64,000 nucleotides of DNA from an uncultured Micavibrio sp. (GCA_964539025.1 CAZIFA010000009.1:14554-78553), one strand, 5' to 3'. Positions 54,221-62,807 are shown, numbered from the stretch's first letter. Numbers and translations: made by a program. The notes: generated from the sequence alone by a model not told the origin.

Positions 54221-54979
54221 ATGGTCTATATCCGATCCATTTTATTCAATATACTGTTTTATGGCGTATGGACACCGTTCGTCTGCCTTGCCATGCTGCC
54301 ATCACTCATCATGCCACGAAAATTTACAGTCGCCGTTGCCGCGATGTATCAATACGGCGTCTATCTTCTGGCCAAATATATTGTCGACCTAGATTTCGAA
54401 GTACGCGGGCGTGAATATCAGCCTGCGCGCGGCCAGCCCTATCTCATCGCCGCCAAGCATCAATCGGCGTATGAAACGCTGCTGCTCTATCAATTGTTCA
54501 GCGATCCGACCATCATTTTGAAAAAAGAGCTGCTTTCGATTCCTGTATTTGGCTGGTTTCTCAAAAAACTCGATGTTATTGCGATAGATCGCGGCAAGCG
54601 ATCTTCTGCCGCAAATTCATTATATGAAGGTGCGAAGCGGATGCGCAAAGACGGCCGCCCCATCGTCATTTTCCCGCAAGGCACGCGCGTGCGGGTGGAC
54701 GCAACCTCTACCGAAAAACCGTACAAAAGCGGCATTACCAGACTTTATACCGCCGTTGAACTGCCAATCCTTCCCATGGCCATCAATACGGGGCTATACT
54801 GGCCGCGCAACAGTTTTTGGAAATATCCGGGCAAGGCGATCATAGAATTTCTGCCCCTGATCCCGGCAGGATTACCGGAAGACGAAGTTTTGAAAAAGCT
54901 GGAAACAGATATTGAGGCAGCATCGAACCGTTTGATGGCGGAAGGTAGAAAGTCCTCTCCCTTCAGGGAGAGGATTTAG
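54221..54979 (+). CDS. plsC: 1-acyl-sn-glycerol-3-phosphate acyltransferase
   Basis: 'AAKHQSAYETL' (HX4-acidic block) and 'IVIFPQGTR' acyltransferase motifs. The last 9 codons and the TAG stop lie inside repeat E. Confidence 0.8.
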   Translation: MVYIRSILFNILFYGVWTPFVCLAMLPSLIMPRKFTVAVAAMYQYGVYLLAKYIVDLDFEVRGREYQPARGQPYLIAAKHQSAYETLLLYQLFSDPTIILKKELLSIPVFGWFLKKLDVIAIDRGKRSSAANSLYEGAKRMRKDGRPIVIFPQGTRVRVDATSTEKPYKSGITRLYTAVELPILPMAINTGLYWPRNSFWKYPGKAIIEFLPLIPAGLPEDEVLKKLETDIEAASNRLMAEGRKSSPFRERI

Positions 54980-55042
54980 GTGAGGGCCCTCCCACACGTT
55001 TTTTTGGCCCTCACCCCTTCCCTCTCCCTAAAGGGAGAGGGA
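54951..55042. repeat. Repeat family E copy overlapping the plsC 3' end
   Basis: AGTCCTCTCCCTTCAGGGAGAGGATTTAGGTGAGGGCCC...GGCCCTCACCCC..CCCTCTCCCTAAAGGGAGAGGGA. Confidence 0.8.
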
Positions 55043-55055
55043 GATATAGGAAGAC

Positions 55056-55844
55056 ATGAGCAATAAATTTAAAATCGCGCTGTGCATCGCCTTTTTCGTT
55101 TTAGGCCTGACCTATGTGTCATTGTGGGTCTATAGCGCAAAATGGTTCCAGCATGAAATCGATAATCTTTACGCCAACGCGACAAAAGAAGGCGTCGAAT
55201 TTTTGGGCGAAAAACCGACCCTGAGCAATTTCCCTTTCGTGCCCGTCGTCACCTATAGTAACGGCATAAAAACAGGTAACGCGGCAATCATTTTCCCCAA
55301 ACTGGAGATACGCGGATACCCCATTCCCTTCACCACCTTATCGTTGAATTTTCCGCAAGGCATCGCGCTGAACGGCATTGCCGATCCAGCTATCTGGTCG
55401 CTCGACGCGCTAAAAGCGGAACTCGCCGTGCCATATCATCTACCCGCTGCTTTCACGGCGGAAGATTTGACGCGCTGGCGCAACCACGACGGTAAGATCG
55501 ATGTACGTCACTACGCCCTGCAAAAAGGATCGCTTATTTCCGATGGCAAAGGGCTTTTGCAGTTGGATAAAGATTTACAGCCCGTGTTTTTCATGGAAAG
55601 CAATGTGCGCGGCTATGATGCGTTTATCGCCGAACAAAAAGAAAAGGATTTGATCGATCCGTTCGCGGCGGCCGTGGGCGCGACCATCCTCAACGGCCTT
55701 GCACAAGACAACAAGGACGGGCAAAAAACCGTGACGGTGCGGGTTAGCGTTGAGAACCGGCTTTTGTCGGTGGGGCCGCTACAGGTACTTGATCTGCCGA
55801 AGATTGTTTGGGATACGCGTAAGACGCCTGACCGGCATCTATAA
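55056..55844 (+). CDS. membrane-anchored hypothetical protein (possibly DUF2125)
   Basis: N-terminal TM helix 'IALCIAFFVLGLTYVSLWVY'. The position after plsC matches my recollection of alphaproteobacterial DUF2125 genes, but the family call is not verified. Confidence 0.45.
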   Translation: MSNKFKIALCIAFFVLGLTYVSLWVYSAKWFQHEIDNLYANATKEGVEFLGEKPTLSNFPFVPVVTYSNGIKTGNAAIIFPKLEIRGYPIPFTTLSLNFPQGIALNGIADPAIWSLDALKAELAVPYHLPAAFTAEDLTRWRNHDGKIDVRHYALQKGSLISDGKGLLQLDKDLQPVFFMESNVRGYDAFIAEQKEKDLIDPFAAAVGATILNGLAQDNKDGQKTVTVRVSVENRLLSVGPLQVLDLPKIVWDTRKTPDRHL

Positions 55845-56697
55845 TCGCCCGGCGGATATCCCGCGTCTCTTTAAATTTGTTATAAAGATAATCCCCGTCC
55901 GATTTGCGGATAGCCTTTTGCATGGCGGTTAAATCTTCACTGAACCGTTGCAAAATTTCCAGCACCGCGTCTTTGTTGTTCAAGAACACGTCGCGCCACA
56001 TGACGGGATCGGATGATGCGATGCGCGTGAAATCCCGGAAACCTGATGCCGAAAATTTAATGACTTCGCCCTTTAAATCTTCTTCCATATCCGTTGCCGT
56101 GCCGACGATTGTGTAGGCGATCAGGTGCGGCAAGTGCGATGTGATGCCGAGCACGAGATCATGATGTTCGGCGTCCATGATTTCGATGTTAGATCCGCAC
56201 GCTTCCCAGAATTTGGTCAGTTTCTCGACCACGCGCAATTCAGTGTGGCGCAGCGGCGTCAAGATACACCATCTATTCTGGAACAATTCGGCAAAGCCTG
56301 CTTCCGGCCCGGAATGTTCCGTCCCCGCGATCGGATGACCGCCGACAAGGTGAACTTTCGCGGGCAGTTTTGGTTGCAATGCCTTGATAACAGAAGTTTT
56401 AACCGAACCGACATCGGTGACGATGGAATCGGGTTCCAGTGCTAGGGCAATTTTATCGGCAACCGCGCCCATCGCGCCGACCGGAACGCATAAAATGATA
56501 AGGTCGCTGCCCTTCACACCCTTGGCAAGGTCGGTGAAGATTTCATCCGCGATGCCGAGCGATTTGACCTTCTCGCACACTTCGCGCGATTGATCGGCAC
56601 AGATGATTTTTCCGGCCAAATTGTTTTGTTTGATCGCGCGCGCGAGCGACGAGCCGATCAGGCCAAAACCTATAATGGTAACTTGTTTGAACATCAT
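55744..56697 (-). CDS. tyrC: prephenate/arogenate (cyclohexadienyl) dehydrogenase
   Basis: 'VTIIGFGLIGSSLARA' NAD motif and 'GGHPIAGTEHSGP' catalytic block. Confidence 0.85.
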   Translation of the reverse strand: MMFKQVTIIGFGLIGSSLARAIKQNNLAGKIICADQSREVCEKVKSLGIADEIFTDLAKGVKGSDLIILCVPVGAMGAVADKIALALEPDSIVTDVGSVKTSVIKALQPKLPAKVHLVGGHPIAGTEHSGPEAGFAELFQNRWCILTPLRHTELRVVEKLTKFWEACGSNIEIMDAEHHDLVLGITSHLPHLIAYTIVGTATDMEEDLKGEVIKFSASGFRDFTRIASSDPVMWRDVFLNNKDAVLEILQRFSEDLTAMQKAIRKSDGDYLYNKFKETRDIRRAIIDAGQASYAYPKQSSADQVPVAAPPTKAGSQR

Positions 56698-56730
56698 AAT
56701 GTCTTTCTACTATACAATTATTTTATCTCT

Positions 56731-56873
56731 GTCATCCCCGTGGCGCCCTGCGTAGCTCGAAGAGCGAAGCATGGGCTGGCACGACGGAGATCCATAATGT
56801 GAGCGGCAAAGCTGCTCTTCTTTTTCCGGATACCCGCCGTTGGTCTCTGCCTTCGGCAGAGCGCGGGTATGAC
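56731..56873. repeat. Degenerate/composite GTCAT...ATGAC element(s)
   Basis: It starts GTCATCCCCG and ends CGGGTATGAC, and contains the hairpin CTCTGCCTTCGGCAGAG. It lies directly upstream of the tyrC ATG. Confidence 0.45.
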
Positions 56874-57069
56874 AACTATGTGATTGAAACGTCAAAATAC
56901 CTGCCCTAGAGGGCATAATAGAGGGCAGCGGTGAGGCCGTAGGCGGCAAAAGCGCGGGTCATAGGCCCTAAATACGTGCTTTAGGGGGTAAAAGCCAGAA
57001 AAACTTGATTTTGTATATTCATAATGCTAGCGATTACGCCTTGCATTAACATTAACCGAAAGTATTCCA

Positions 57070-57528
57070 ATGTCCGCCATTCAATTTACGCCAGCGCAAA
57101 AAGCCGCAGCACGCCAGATCGTCTTATCCTTTCCTTTCGATACGAAGCATAGGGAAGGCTTGTTATCCGTCATTGAAAATCCGGGCCGTCCAAACCTGAT
57201 GACAACGGTCGACGTGTTTGCAGATGCGGCCCGCGCCTGCCCGAATGCGGCCCCAGCCCTGAAAGCCATCAGCGGCGAAATGGGAACCCCGTTAAGCCCG
57301 GAAACGGAAACATATTTGCTGAATCATATAAATGCATTTTTCCCTTCTGATGCCGAGCGCGCGGAGATGCTGGAATCCATGCCGTACCAGACCGAAGAAA
57401 GCGCCAATGCGCTAATGGAAAGCTTGAGATTACATTGGGATAACATTCACCAATCTCAGCAGCAGCGCCGCCAGCTGCTGGCACTGCCTCACAACGGCGC
57501 CATGGTTAAAGCACTACGGCTACGGTAA
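57070..57528 (+). CDS. hypothetical protein (152 aa)
   Basis: ATG-started ORF with no recognised domain. Confidence 0.45.
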   Translation: MSAIQFTPAQKAAARQIVLSFPFDTKHREGLLSVIENPGRPNLMTTVDVFADAARACPNAAPALKAISGEMGTPLSPETETYLLNHINAFFPSDAERAEMLESMPYQTEESANALMESLRLHWDNIHQSQQQRRQLLALPHNGAMVKALRLR

Positions 57529-57547
57529 CGTTACAACCAACAGAAAA

Positions 57548-57943
57548 TCACACCGGGGCGGGCGTGAGGCTGTTGTTAATGGCGTCTTGATTCAATCCCG
57601 GACGGAGCCAGGTAATTTTATCCGGCGTGAATCCGGCAAGATTCCTGAATATTTCAATCAATGTCTTTTGTATACTCGCCGACCCACCTTTGAAAGAGCA
57701 AAGCACTTCCGTTTGATTGTGTGCAGGCGCTACTGCGGTTTTATTCTGGAGAAGAGAAAAATGATGGCCGTTAACCTCGAACGACTGGCCGAGATTCCGC
57801 CCTTCACGATGATCAAATTGAGCACTCACATCTGCAACCGGGAAACCATGCGCCTTGGACAAAAAATCAAGCGTAAGATCGATCCGCGCTGCCAGAACGC
57901 CATCGGCTATCAGTTTCTCCGGTAAATCTAAAACTTTTATCAT
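57548..57943 (-). CDS. ORFan paralog family Z, member 3
   Basis: 'GRNLGQSFEVNGHHFSLLQ' and C-terminal 'WLRPGLN'. Paralogous to the two genes upstream. Confidence 0.5.
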   Translation of the reverse strand: MIKVLDLPEKLIADGVLAARIDLTLDFLSKAHGFPVADVSAQFDHREGRNLGQSFEVNGHHFSLLQNKTAVAPAHNQTEVLCSFKGGSASIQKTLIEIFRNLAGFTPDKITWLRPGLNQDAINNSLTPAPV

Positions 57944-57951
57944 TAGAATTC

Positions 57952-58302
57952 CTATAAGTTCAGCCCCGGTCTAACCCAACTGAGATGTTTTCCCGCCAGA
58001 CGAAGATCATCCAATATAACTTCCAAGCTGTCGCTCATATCGCGTTTGGTGCCGAGTGCAATTACGATATTTGTATATTTGTTGGTAGGCTCTGGCGCCT
58101 GTGTGAATTGGATAAGGGAAAATTGTGTCCCTGCGCTGCTTTGAAAAGTTTGCCCAAGAGCGTGGCCAAGTCCATCGCCTATTTCTGTGGCATTCACCAC
58201 TTGAAATTTTCTTTGTTGGGCTAGCTTTAAGATTGACCGATCAATGGTGGCCACGGTTTCGTAATTGGCTTTGACTTTTTCTGCTTCTGGTAAAACACGC
58301 AT
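57952..58302 (-). CDS. ORFan paralog family Z, member 2
   Basis: 'GHALGQTFQSSAGTQFSLIQ' and C-terminal 'WVRPGLNL'. Confidence 0.5.
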   Translation of the reverse strand: MRVLPEAEKVKANYETVATIDRSILKLAQQRKFQVVNATEIGDGLGHALGQTFQSSAGTQFSLIQFTQAPEPTNKYTNIVIALGTKRDMSDSLEVILDDLRLAGKHLSWVRPGLNL

Positions 58303-58316
58303 TGCAATACTCCTTA

Positions 58317-58661
58317 TTAAATTAATTTTAACCGTGGACTGCCGAGATCTTGCAAGATAACACCCAGATGCTCTTGCATAACCGCCGGATCGGCTTCGTC
58401 AATGAAAACTTCGGTGCTGTTGTTGAGGGGCGATGGGGCCACCGTATAACCGCGAAGAAAGTATGGCACCCCAGCACTGCTGATAAACGCCCGACCAAGG
58501 GCGTGGCCATGGACTTCGCCGTAACGGCCTTCCGGCGTTGCGTTCACCAGATCGAATTTCAGCCGCTTGGCAATATCCGTGATTTTTTCATCAATGATAG
58601 CGATCCGAAAAGTTTGGCTAATAACTGCGGTCGCAGGTCTTTCCATTGTTAAAACGGGCAT
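58317..58661 (-). CDS. ORFan paralog family Z, member 1
   Basis: 'GHALGRAFISSAGVPYFLRG' and '(L/F)(K/Q)F(D/Q)(L/V)VNAT' shared with member 2. It starts 32 nt after the hisC stop. Confidence 0.5.
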   Translation of the reverse strand: MPVLTMERPATAVISQTFRIAIIDEKITDIAKRLKFDLVNATPEGRYGEVHGHALGRAFISSAGVPYFLRGYTVAPSPLNNSTEVFIDEADPAVMQEHLGVILQDLGSPRLKLI

Positions 58662-58693
58662 ATCATACTCTCCTGATTTCCAGAATAACTCAC

Positions 58694-59776
58694 CTAAATA
58701 GACAAATACTCTTTTATCGCGGAACAGGCAAGATTCATCTCTTCCCCCGTTCCGATGGAAATCCTTAATGATTCCGGCAGTTTATAAGCCCCCATCTGGC
58801 GGACGAGGATACCGCGACCCTTTAAATAAGCCCGGCAGCCATCGGCCTGCGCCTCATCCTTAAAGGACACCAGCACGAAATTCCCGGCGCTGGGCCAGAC
58901 TTTTACGCGATTGGAAGACAATTCTTTCACCGTCCATGCGCGCCATTCGGTGTTGTGGGAAACCGAGCGTTCGATGAACGCATCGTCGCCAAGTGCGGCG
59001 ATCCCCGCCACCTGTGCAGGCACCGACACGTTGAACGGCCCGCGCACGCGGTTCAGAATATCGGCGACATCGGCGGGGCAATAACCGTAGCCGAGCCGCA
59101 ATCCCGCGAGGCCGAAAATTTTCGAAAACGTGCGGAGCACGACGATATTGTCGGACGCTCTCGCCATCGCAAATCCGTTTTCGTAGCCCGGCGTGGCGGA
59201 TGCGTATTCGGCATAAGCGTCATCAAGCACCAGCAGGATATCTTCACGCAGCGAGCTTCGGAATTTTTTGATATCAGCCGGTTTGTTAAAACTGCCCGTC
59301 GGATTGTTCGGGTTGGTCAGGAACACGATCCGCGTTTTTGGCGTGACGGCGGCGAGCATCGCATCCAGATCAGGCGTTAAATCCTTTTCCGGCGTTTCAA
59401 CACAAACCCCGCCGCATGTTTTAGCGAAGATGCCGTACATCAAAAAAGAATGTGCGGCGTATATGACTTCATCTCCCGGCGCGACATAGGCTTTGCACAA
59501 TAGACCGATAATTTCATCAGACCCCGCGCCGCAGATGATGCGGTTTTCTTCGAGTCCAAATTTCGCGGCGATGGTTTTGCGCAACTCACCGCAATTGCCA
59601 TCGGGATATTTTTCCAAATGCAGATCGTTCGACAATGCCTGCAATGCTTTGGGCGACGCTCCGAACGGATTTTCGTTGGACGACAATTTTATGATGCGCG
59701 TGGCGCCTTCGACCTTGCTCTCCCCGCCGACATAGGCCGCAATATCAAGAATGCCGGGGTTAGGTTTGATTTTCAT
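58694..59776 (-). CDS. hisC: histidinol-phosphate/aromatic aminotransferase
   Basis: 'KLSSNENPFG', 'LTNPNNPTG' and 'RTFSKIFGLAGLRLGY' (PLP-lysine) are class II aminotransferase motifs. ATG 59776 chosen because the ORF-track start 59782 is TTG. Confidence 0.9.
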   Translation of the reverse strand: MKIKPNPGILDIAAYVGGESKVEGATRIIKLSSNENPFGASPKALQALSNDLHLEKYPDGNCGELRKTIAAKFGLEENRIICGAGSDEIIGLLCKAYVAPGDEVIYAAHSFLMYGIFAKTCGGVCVETPEKDLTPDLDAMLAAVTPKTRIVFLTNPNNPTGSFNKPADIKKFRSSLREDILLVLDDAYAEYASATPGYENGFAMARASDNIVVLRTFSKIFGLAGLRLGYGYCPADVADILNRVRGPFNVSVPAQVAGIAALGDDAFIERSVSHNTEWRAWTVKELSSNRVKVWPSAGNFVLVSFKDEAQADGCRAYLKGRGILVRQMGAYKLPESLRISIGTGEEMNLACSAIKEYLSI

Positions 59777-59789
59777 TTCCAACCTGCTT

Positions 59790-59835
59790 CCCCCGCGAAA
59801 GCGGGGGCCTGAATAGATCCCCGTTTACACGGGGA
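59790..59835. repeat. C-type double hairpin between chorismate mutase and hisC
   Basis: CCCCCGC-GAAA-GCGGGGG followed by TCCCCG-TTTACAC-GGGGA. The first hairpin is the same as in the ubiG insert. Confidence 0.55.
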
Positions 59836-59852
59836 AAACAAAAACACATTTA

Positions 59853-60788
59853 TCATGCGCTCGCCTTCAAAGGCTCTGCTTCGGGCGATTTAACGCTGCG
59901 CGAATAGGATGGCGGAACGGGGTAGCCACCGACGCACACAATATTCGCGCCAGGATCTTCGAGAAGTTTAATAAATTCGGCGATACGCTTGTCATCCTTG
60001 CCCATGTAATCTTCGACTTCCATCATGTGGAGCGCGGGCGCGGATGGCGAAGAATTGCGTTTGGAAGAAAGGCCGAGCGCGGTGATGCCCGCTTTTTTGG
60101 CGACATCGACGAGTTTGCCACGGCTGACGCTCGCTTCACATTGGATAAGAAGAAAGGAATTATCCGCGCCGGAATCATCGAAGCCTGCTTTGGATACCAC
60201 AAGCGCGCGATGATCGGGATTGGGGTTGGCGGGGTCGGTGCCGTGCGGCAGGCACATGATGATCTGCATAGGGTCTTGCGGATTGCCAAGGAACGTCCAC
60301 CAGGGTTGTTCATCTTCATTCGCCGGACGCGGCACAACGGCAAAGGTCGTTTTACCATCTTTGAGTGCGGCAATGGCGGCCACCGCCGTATTCGTTTTCG
60401 TCATGGGAAGCGAGCTTCCGAAATAATCGCGGGCAAGGTCCCAATATTCGTGCTGGGATTCCGGCATGGTCACAACGACCTTCAATCCTGTTTGCAGGAG
60501 CGATACGGCCCCGACGAGTTCACGCCAGATACGCACCACCGCCATTTCGGGCAGAACGCCTTTATGGCGGCCCAGCAGGCGTCGGATCATCCGCGCCTCG
60601 CGGGCGGGCTGGACGATTTGGATATTGTTCTTGCGCTTTTCCTCACCGACTTTCAAAACCAGTTCGGCGCGTTCCATCAGCGTATCGTGAATGCGGTTAT
60701 CGAGTTCGTCGATCTTCTGGCGGATTTCATCGAGCGCCGGGGAATTATACGGTTTGGGCGTGGAAGGTGTGGTCTTTTTATCGGCCAT
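59853..60788 (-). CDS. chorismate mutase (with C-terminal PDT-like domain)
   Basis: N-terminal 'LDEIRQKIDELDNRIHDTLMERAELVLKVGEEK' is the AroQ chorismate mutase helix. Its 311 aa and position upstream of hisC-tyrC fit the aromatic supraoperon. Confidence 0.75.
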   Translation of the reverse strand: MADKKTTPSTPKPYNSPALDEIRQKIDELDNRIHDTLMERAELVLKVGEEKRKNNIQIVQPAREARMIRRLLGRHKGVLPEMAVVRIWRELVGAVSLLQTGLKVVVTMPESQHEYWDLARDYFGSSLPMTKTNTAVAAIAALKDGKTTFAVVPRPANEDEQPWWTFLGNPQDPMQIIMCLPHGTDPANPNPDHRALVVSKAGFDDSGADNSFLLIQCEASVSRGKLVDVAKKAGITALGLSSKRNSSPSAPALHMMEVEDYMGKDDKRIAEFIKLLEDPGANIVCVGGYPVPPSYSRSVKSPEAEPLKASA

Positions 60789-60868
60789 GAAAAATTCGCA
60801 ATCTGTTTATAAATGGTCTAATGTCCGGAACCATTGTTTTACTAGGGTTGTTTAAGGAAATCAATTCA

Positions 60869-61927
60869 ATGCCGCTGATTAAAAACTCAGGATTGCCAAC
60901 TTTTGATAGGCTTCAGGCCGAAGGCCGTCAGGTGCTGGACCCCGATAGGGCCAGCCATCAGGATATCCGTGAACTTCACATCGGTTTCCTGAACATGATG
61001 CCCGACGCCGCCATGGAAGCCGCCGAGCGGCAATATTTCCGCCTGATCGGGGAATCGAACCGGATCGTGCAGATTCACCTGCACCCCTTTAACCTGCCTG
61101 TCATCAACCGCGGGCCAGAGGCGATGGATTATATCGCCAAATATTACGAACCGTTCGAGAAAATCAAGGAACAGGGGCTGGATGGCCTTGTCATCACGGG
61201 TGCAAGTGAGGAATCCAACCCGCTCGTCACCGATCGCACCCATTGGAAGCCTTTGATCGATGCGATGGACTGGGCGTATGAGAATGTCACATCGACGTTG
61301 TGTTCGTGTCTGGCCAGCCACGCGGTGTTGACCTACCGTTACGGCCAGAGCCCCGAATGGCATCCTGACAAACGTTTTGGCGTGTTTTCCCACCGCGTTC
61401 TGAATTGCAAACACCCGTTGGTACAAGGCGGCAATACGTTGTTCAACCTCCCGCACGCGCGCCACAGCGAAATCAGCCGTACTCAGTTTGAAAAAGCGAA
61501 ATGGCAAATTCTGGTCGAAAGCGACGGCATGGTTCATATGGCGACCAGCCCAGATGGTTTTCGTTTTATCGCGATGCAGGGCCATCCCGAGTATGACACG
61601 TTCAGCCTGCTCAAAGAATATCGCCGCGAAGTGAATCTTTTTATCGAAGGAAAAAGGCCCGATTATCCTTCTTTCCCGCAAAATTATTTCCGGAGCGATA
61701 TTGCCAAACAGGTTTTGCAGTACCAGAAAGATGCGGAAAGTAAAAAACCTATGCCGCCCTTCCCCGAAGATGAAATTGCCGCCACGCTGGATAATACTTG
61801 GGCGGACAGTGCTCGCGCAGCCATGGCGACATGGATCGGCCTTGTTTATCAGGTCACGCATGTGGATCGTAAAAAACCGTTTATGGATGGAATTGATCCG
61901 AATAATCCGTTGGGATTAGAGAAATAG
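60869..61927 (+). CDS. metA: homoserine O-acyltransferase MetA
   Basis: ATG 60869 (MPLIKNSGLP) after an AAGGAAA RBS. 'LHIGFLNMMPD', 'DGLVITGA' and 'GHPEYD' are MetA motifs. Confidence 0.9.
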   Translation: MPLIKNSGLPTFDRLQAEGRQVLDPDRASHQDIRELHIGFLNMMPDAAMEAAERQYFRLIGESNRIVQIHLHPFNLPVINRGPEAMDYIAKYYEPFEKIKEQGLDGLVITGASEESNPLVTDRTHWKPLIDAMDWAYENVTSTLCSCLASHAVLTYRYGQSPEWHPDKRFGVFSHRVLNCKHPLVQGGNTLFNLPHARHSEISRTQFEKAKWQILVESDGMVHMATSPDGFRFIAMQGHPEYDTFSLLKEYRREVNLFIEGKRPDYPSFPQNYFRSDIAKQVLQYQKDAESKKPMPPFPEDEIAATLDNTWADSARAAMATWIGLVYQVTHVDRKKPFMDGIDPNNPLGLEK

Positions 61928-61993
61928 AATCGCAAAGGCGCGAAGACGCCAAGCTTTTCATGTAAGCTTTGCGACTTTGCGTCTTAGCGATTC
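61927..61993. repeat. Repeat family G hairpin (uninterrupted copy)
   Basis: GAATCGCAAAGGCGCGAAGACGCCAAGC-TTTTCATGTA-AGCTTTGCGACTTTGCGTCTTAGCGATTC. It abuts the metA stop codon. Confidence 0.8.
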
Positions 61994-62002
61994 ATAAAAA
62001 TT

Positions 62003-62728
62003 TTAAATAGGTTCAGGCGCGGATGTTTCCTTGACGCGAATGGATTCGCGGGCGCTCGCCATCTTGCCCGTACCTGCATAAATCTGTTTCGACGCTTCGA
62101 CGAACAACAATCCACCCATGGCGGGACAGATTTTACGACCTATCTGTTCCCACAATCCGGCAGAACGCAGCAACATCTGGCTGCGGAACGGCGGCACGAA
62201 CAACGCATGATCCGTGCGTTCTGGAATGAATAAATTTTCGCGCAAGAAATCTTCCACCTGACGCGATGAATACGGCGTGCCGCGCCCGAACGGCGTTAAA
62301 TCCGCGCGCGCCCAAAGACCCAAGCGATTGGGAACGACGACGAGAATGCGTCCGTTGCTTTTGAGGATGCGCCATAGTTCTTCGAACGGCGGTTTTACAA
62401 AGCCCGTAAACTCAAGCGAGTGGATCAGGATAATCCGATCCACGGAATTGGTTTCAAACGGCAGATCGGATTCTTCGGCCAAACAGGTTAAGTTCAGCCC
62501 TGCGTCGGGCCAGTGATGAACCCCCTCGCCCTTATGCATCACGCAGACCGTGCGTTCGGAAGATTCACGAAACGCTTCCAGATATGGCGCGGCGTAACCG
62601 CCGCCCAGAACGCGAAGACCTTTCGTGTCCGGCCACATAGCGAGCAGCCTTTCACGGATCAGCCTGCGGACAATGCGCCCACCGAGCGTTTTGTAAAAAT
62701 CGCGCAACTGATACGCGGATGGGATCAT
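62003..62728 (-). CDS. class I SAM-dependent methyltransferase
   Basis: 241 aa. 'RVLGGGYAAPYL' and 'VDRIILIHSLEF', with a 'NGRILVVVPNR' Methyltransf_11-like layout. Confidence 0.65.
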   Translation of the reverse strand: MIPSAYQLRDFYKTLGGRIVRRLIRERLLAMWPDTKGLRVLGGGYAAPYLEAFRESSERTVCVMHKGEGVHHWPDAGLNLTCLAEESDLPFETNSVDRIILIHSLEFTGFVKPPFEELWRILKSNGRILVVVPNRLGLWARADLTPFGRGTPYSSRQVEDFLRENLFIPERTDHALFVPPFRSQMLLRSAGLWEQIGRKICPAMGGLLFVEASKQIYAGTGKMASARESIRVKETSAPEPI

Positions 62729-62742
62729 ACAGCTCTCCCGCT

Positions 62743-62802
62743 GTCATCCTGAGGGCAAAGCCCGAAGGATCTCATGAGATTCTTCGCTGCGCTCAGAATG
62801 AC
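62743..62802. repeat. Palindromic element family A, subtype 2, copy 6 (inverted orientation)
   Basis: GTCATCCTGAGGGCAAAGCCCGAAGGATCTCATGAGATTCTTCGCTGCGCTCAGAATGAC, close to the reverse complement of the copies at 49640 and 53537. Confidence 0.9.
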
Positions 62803-62807
62803 ACCTG

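Noticed and set aside
60789-60868. SAM-II (metA-type) riboswitch upstream of metA
   Set aside because: I looked for the conserved SAM-II pseudoknot core (GCGAUUU...AAAG...CUAAAAAGCU-like) and did not see it. Only a weak AATGGT/ACCATT hairpin is present. A covariance-model scan (Infernal/Rfam RF00521) would be decisive.
2005-62802. Possibility that the repeated palindromic elements form a CRISPR array
   Set aside because: The copies are scattered singly over 60 kb, are self-complementary over their whole length, have no regular repeat-spacer periodicity, and no cas genes are present.
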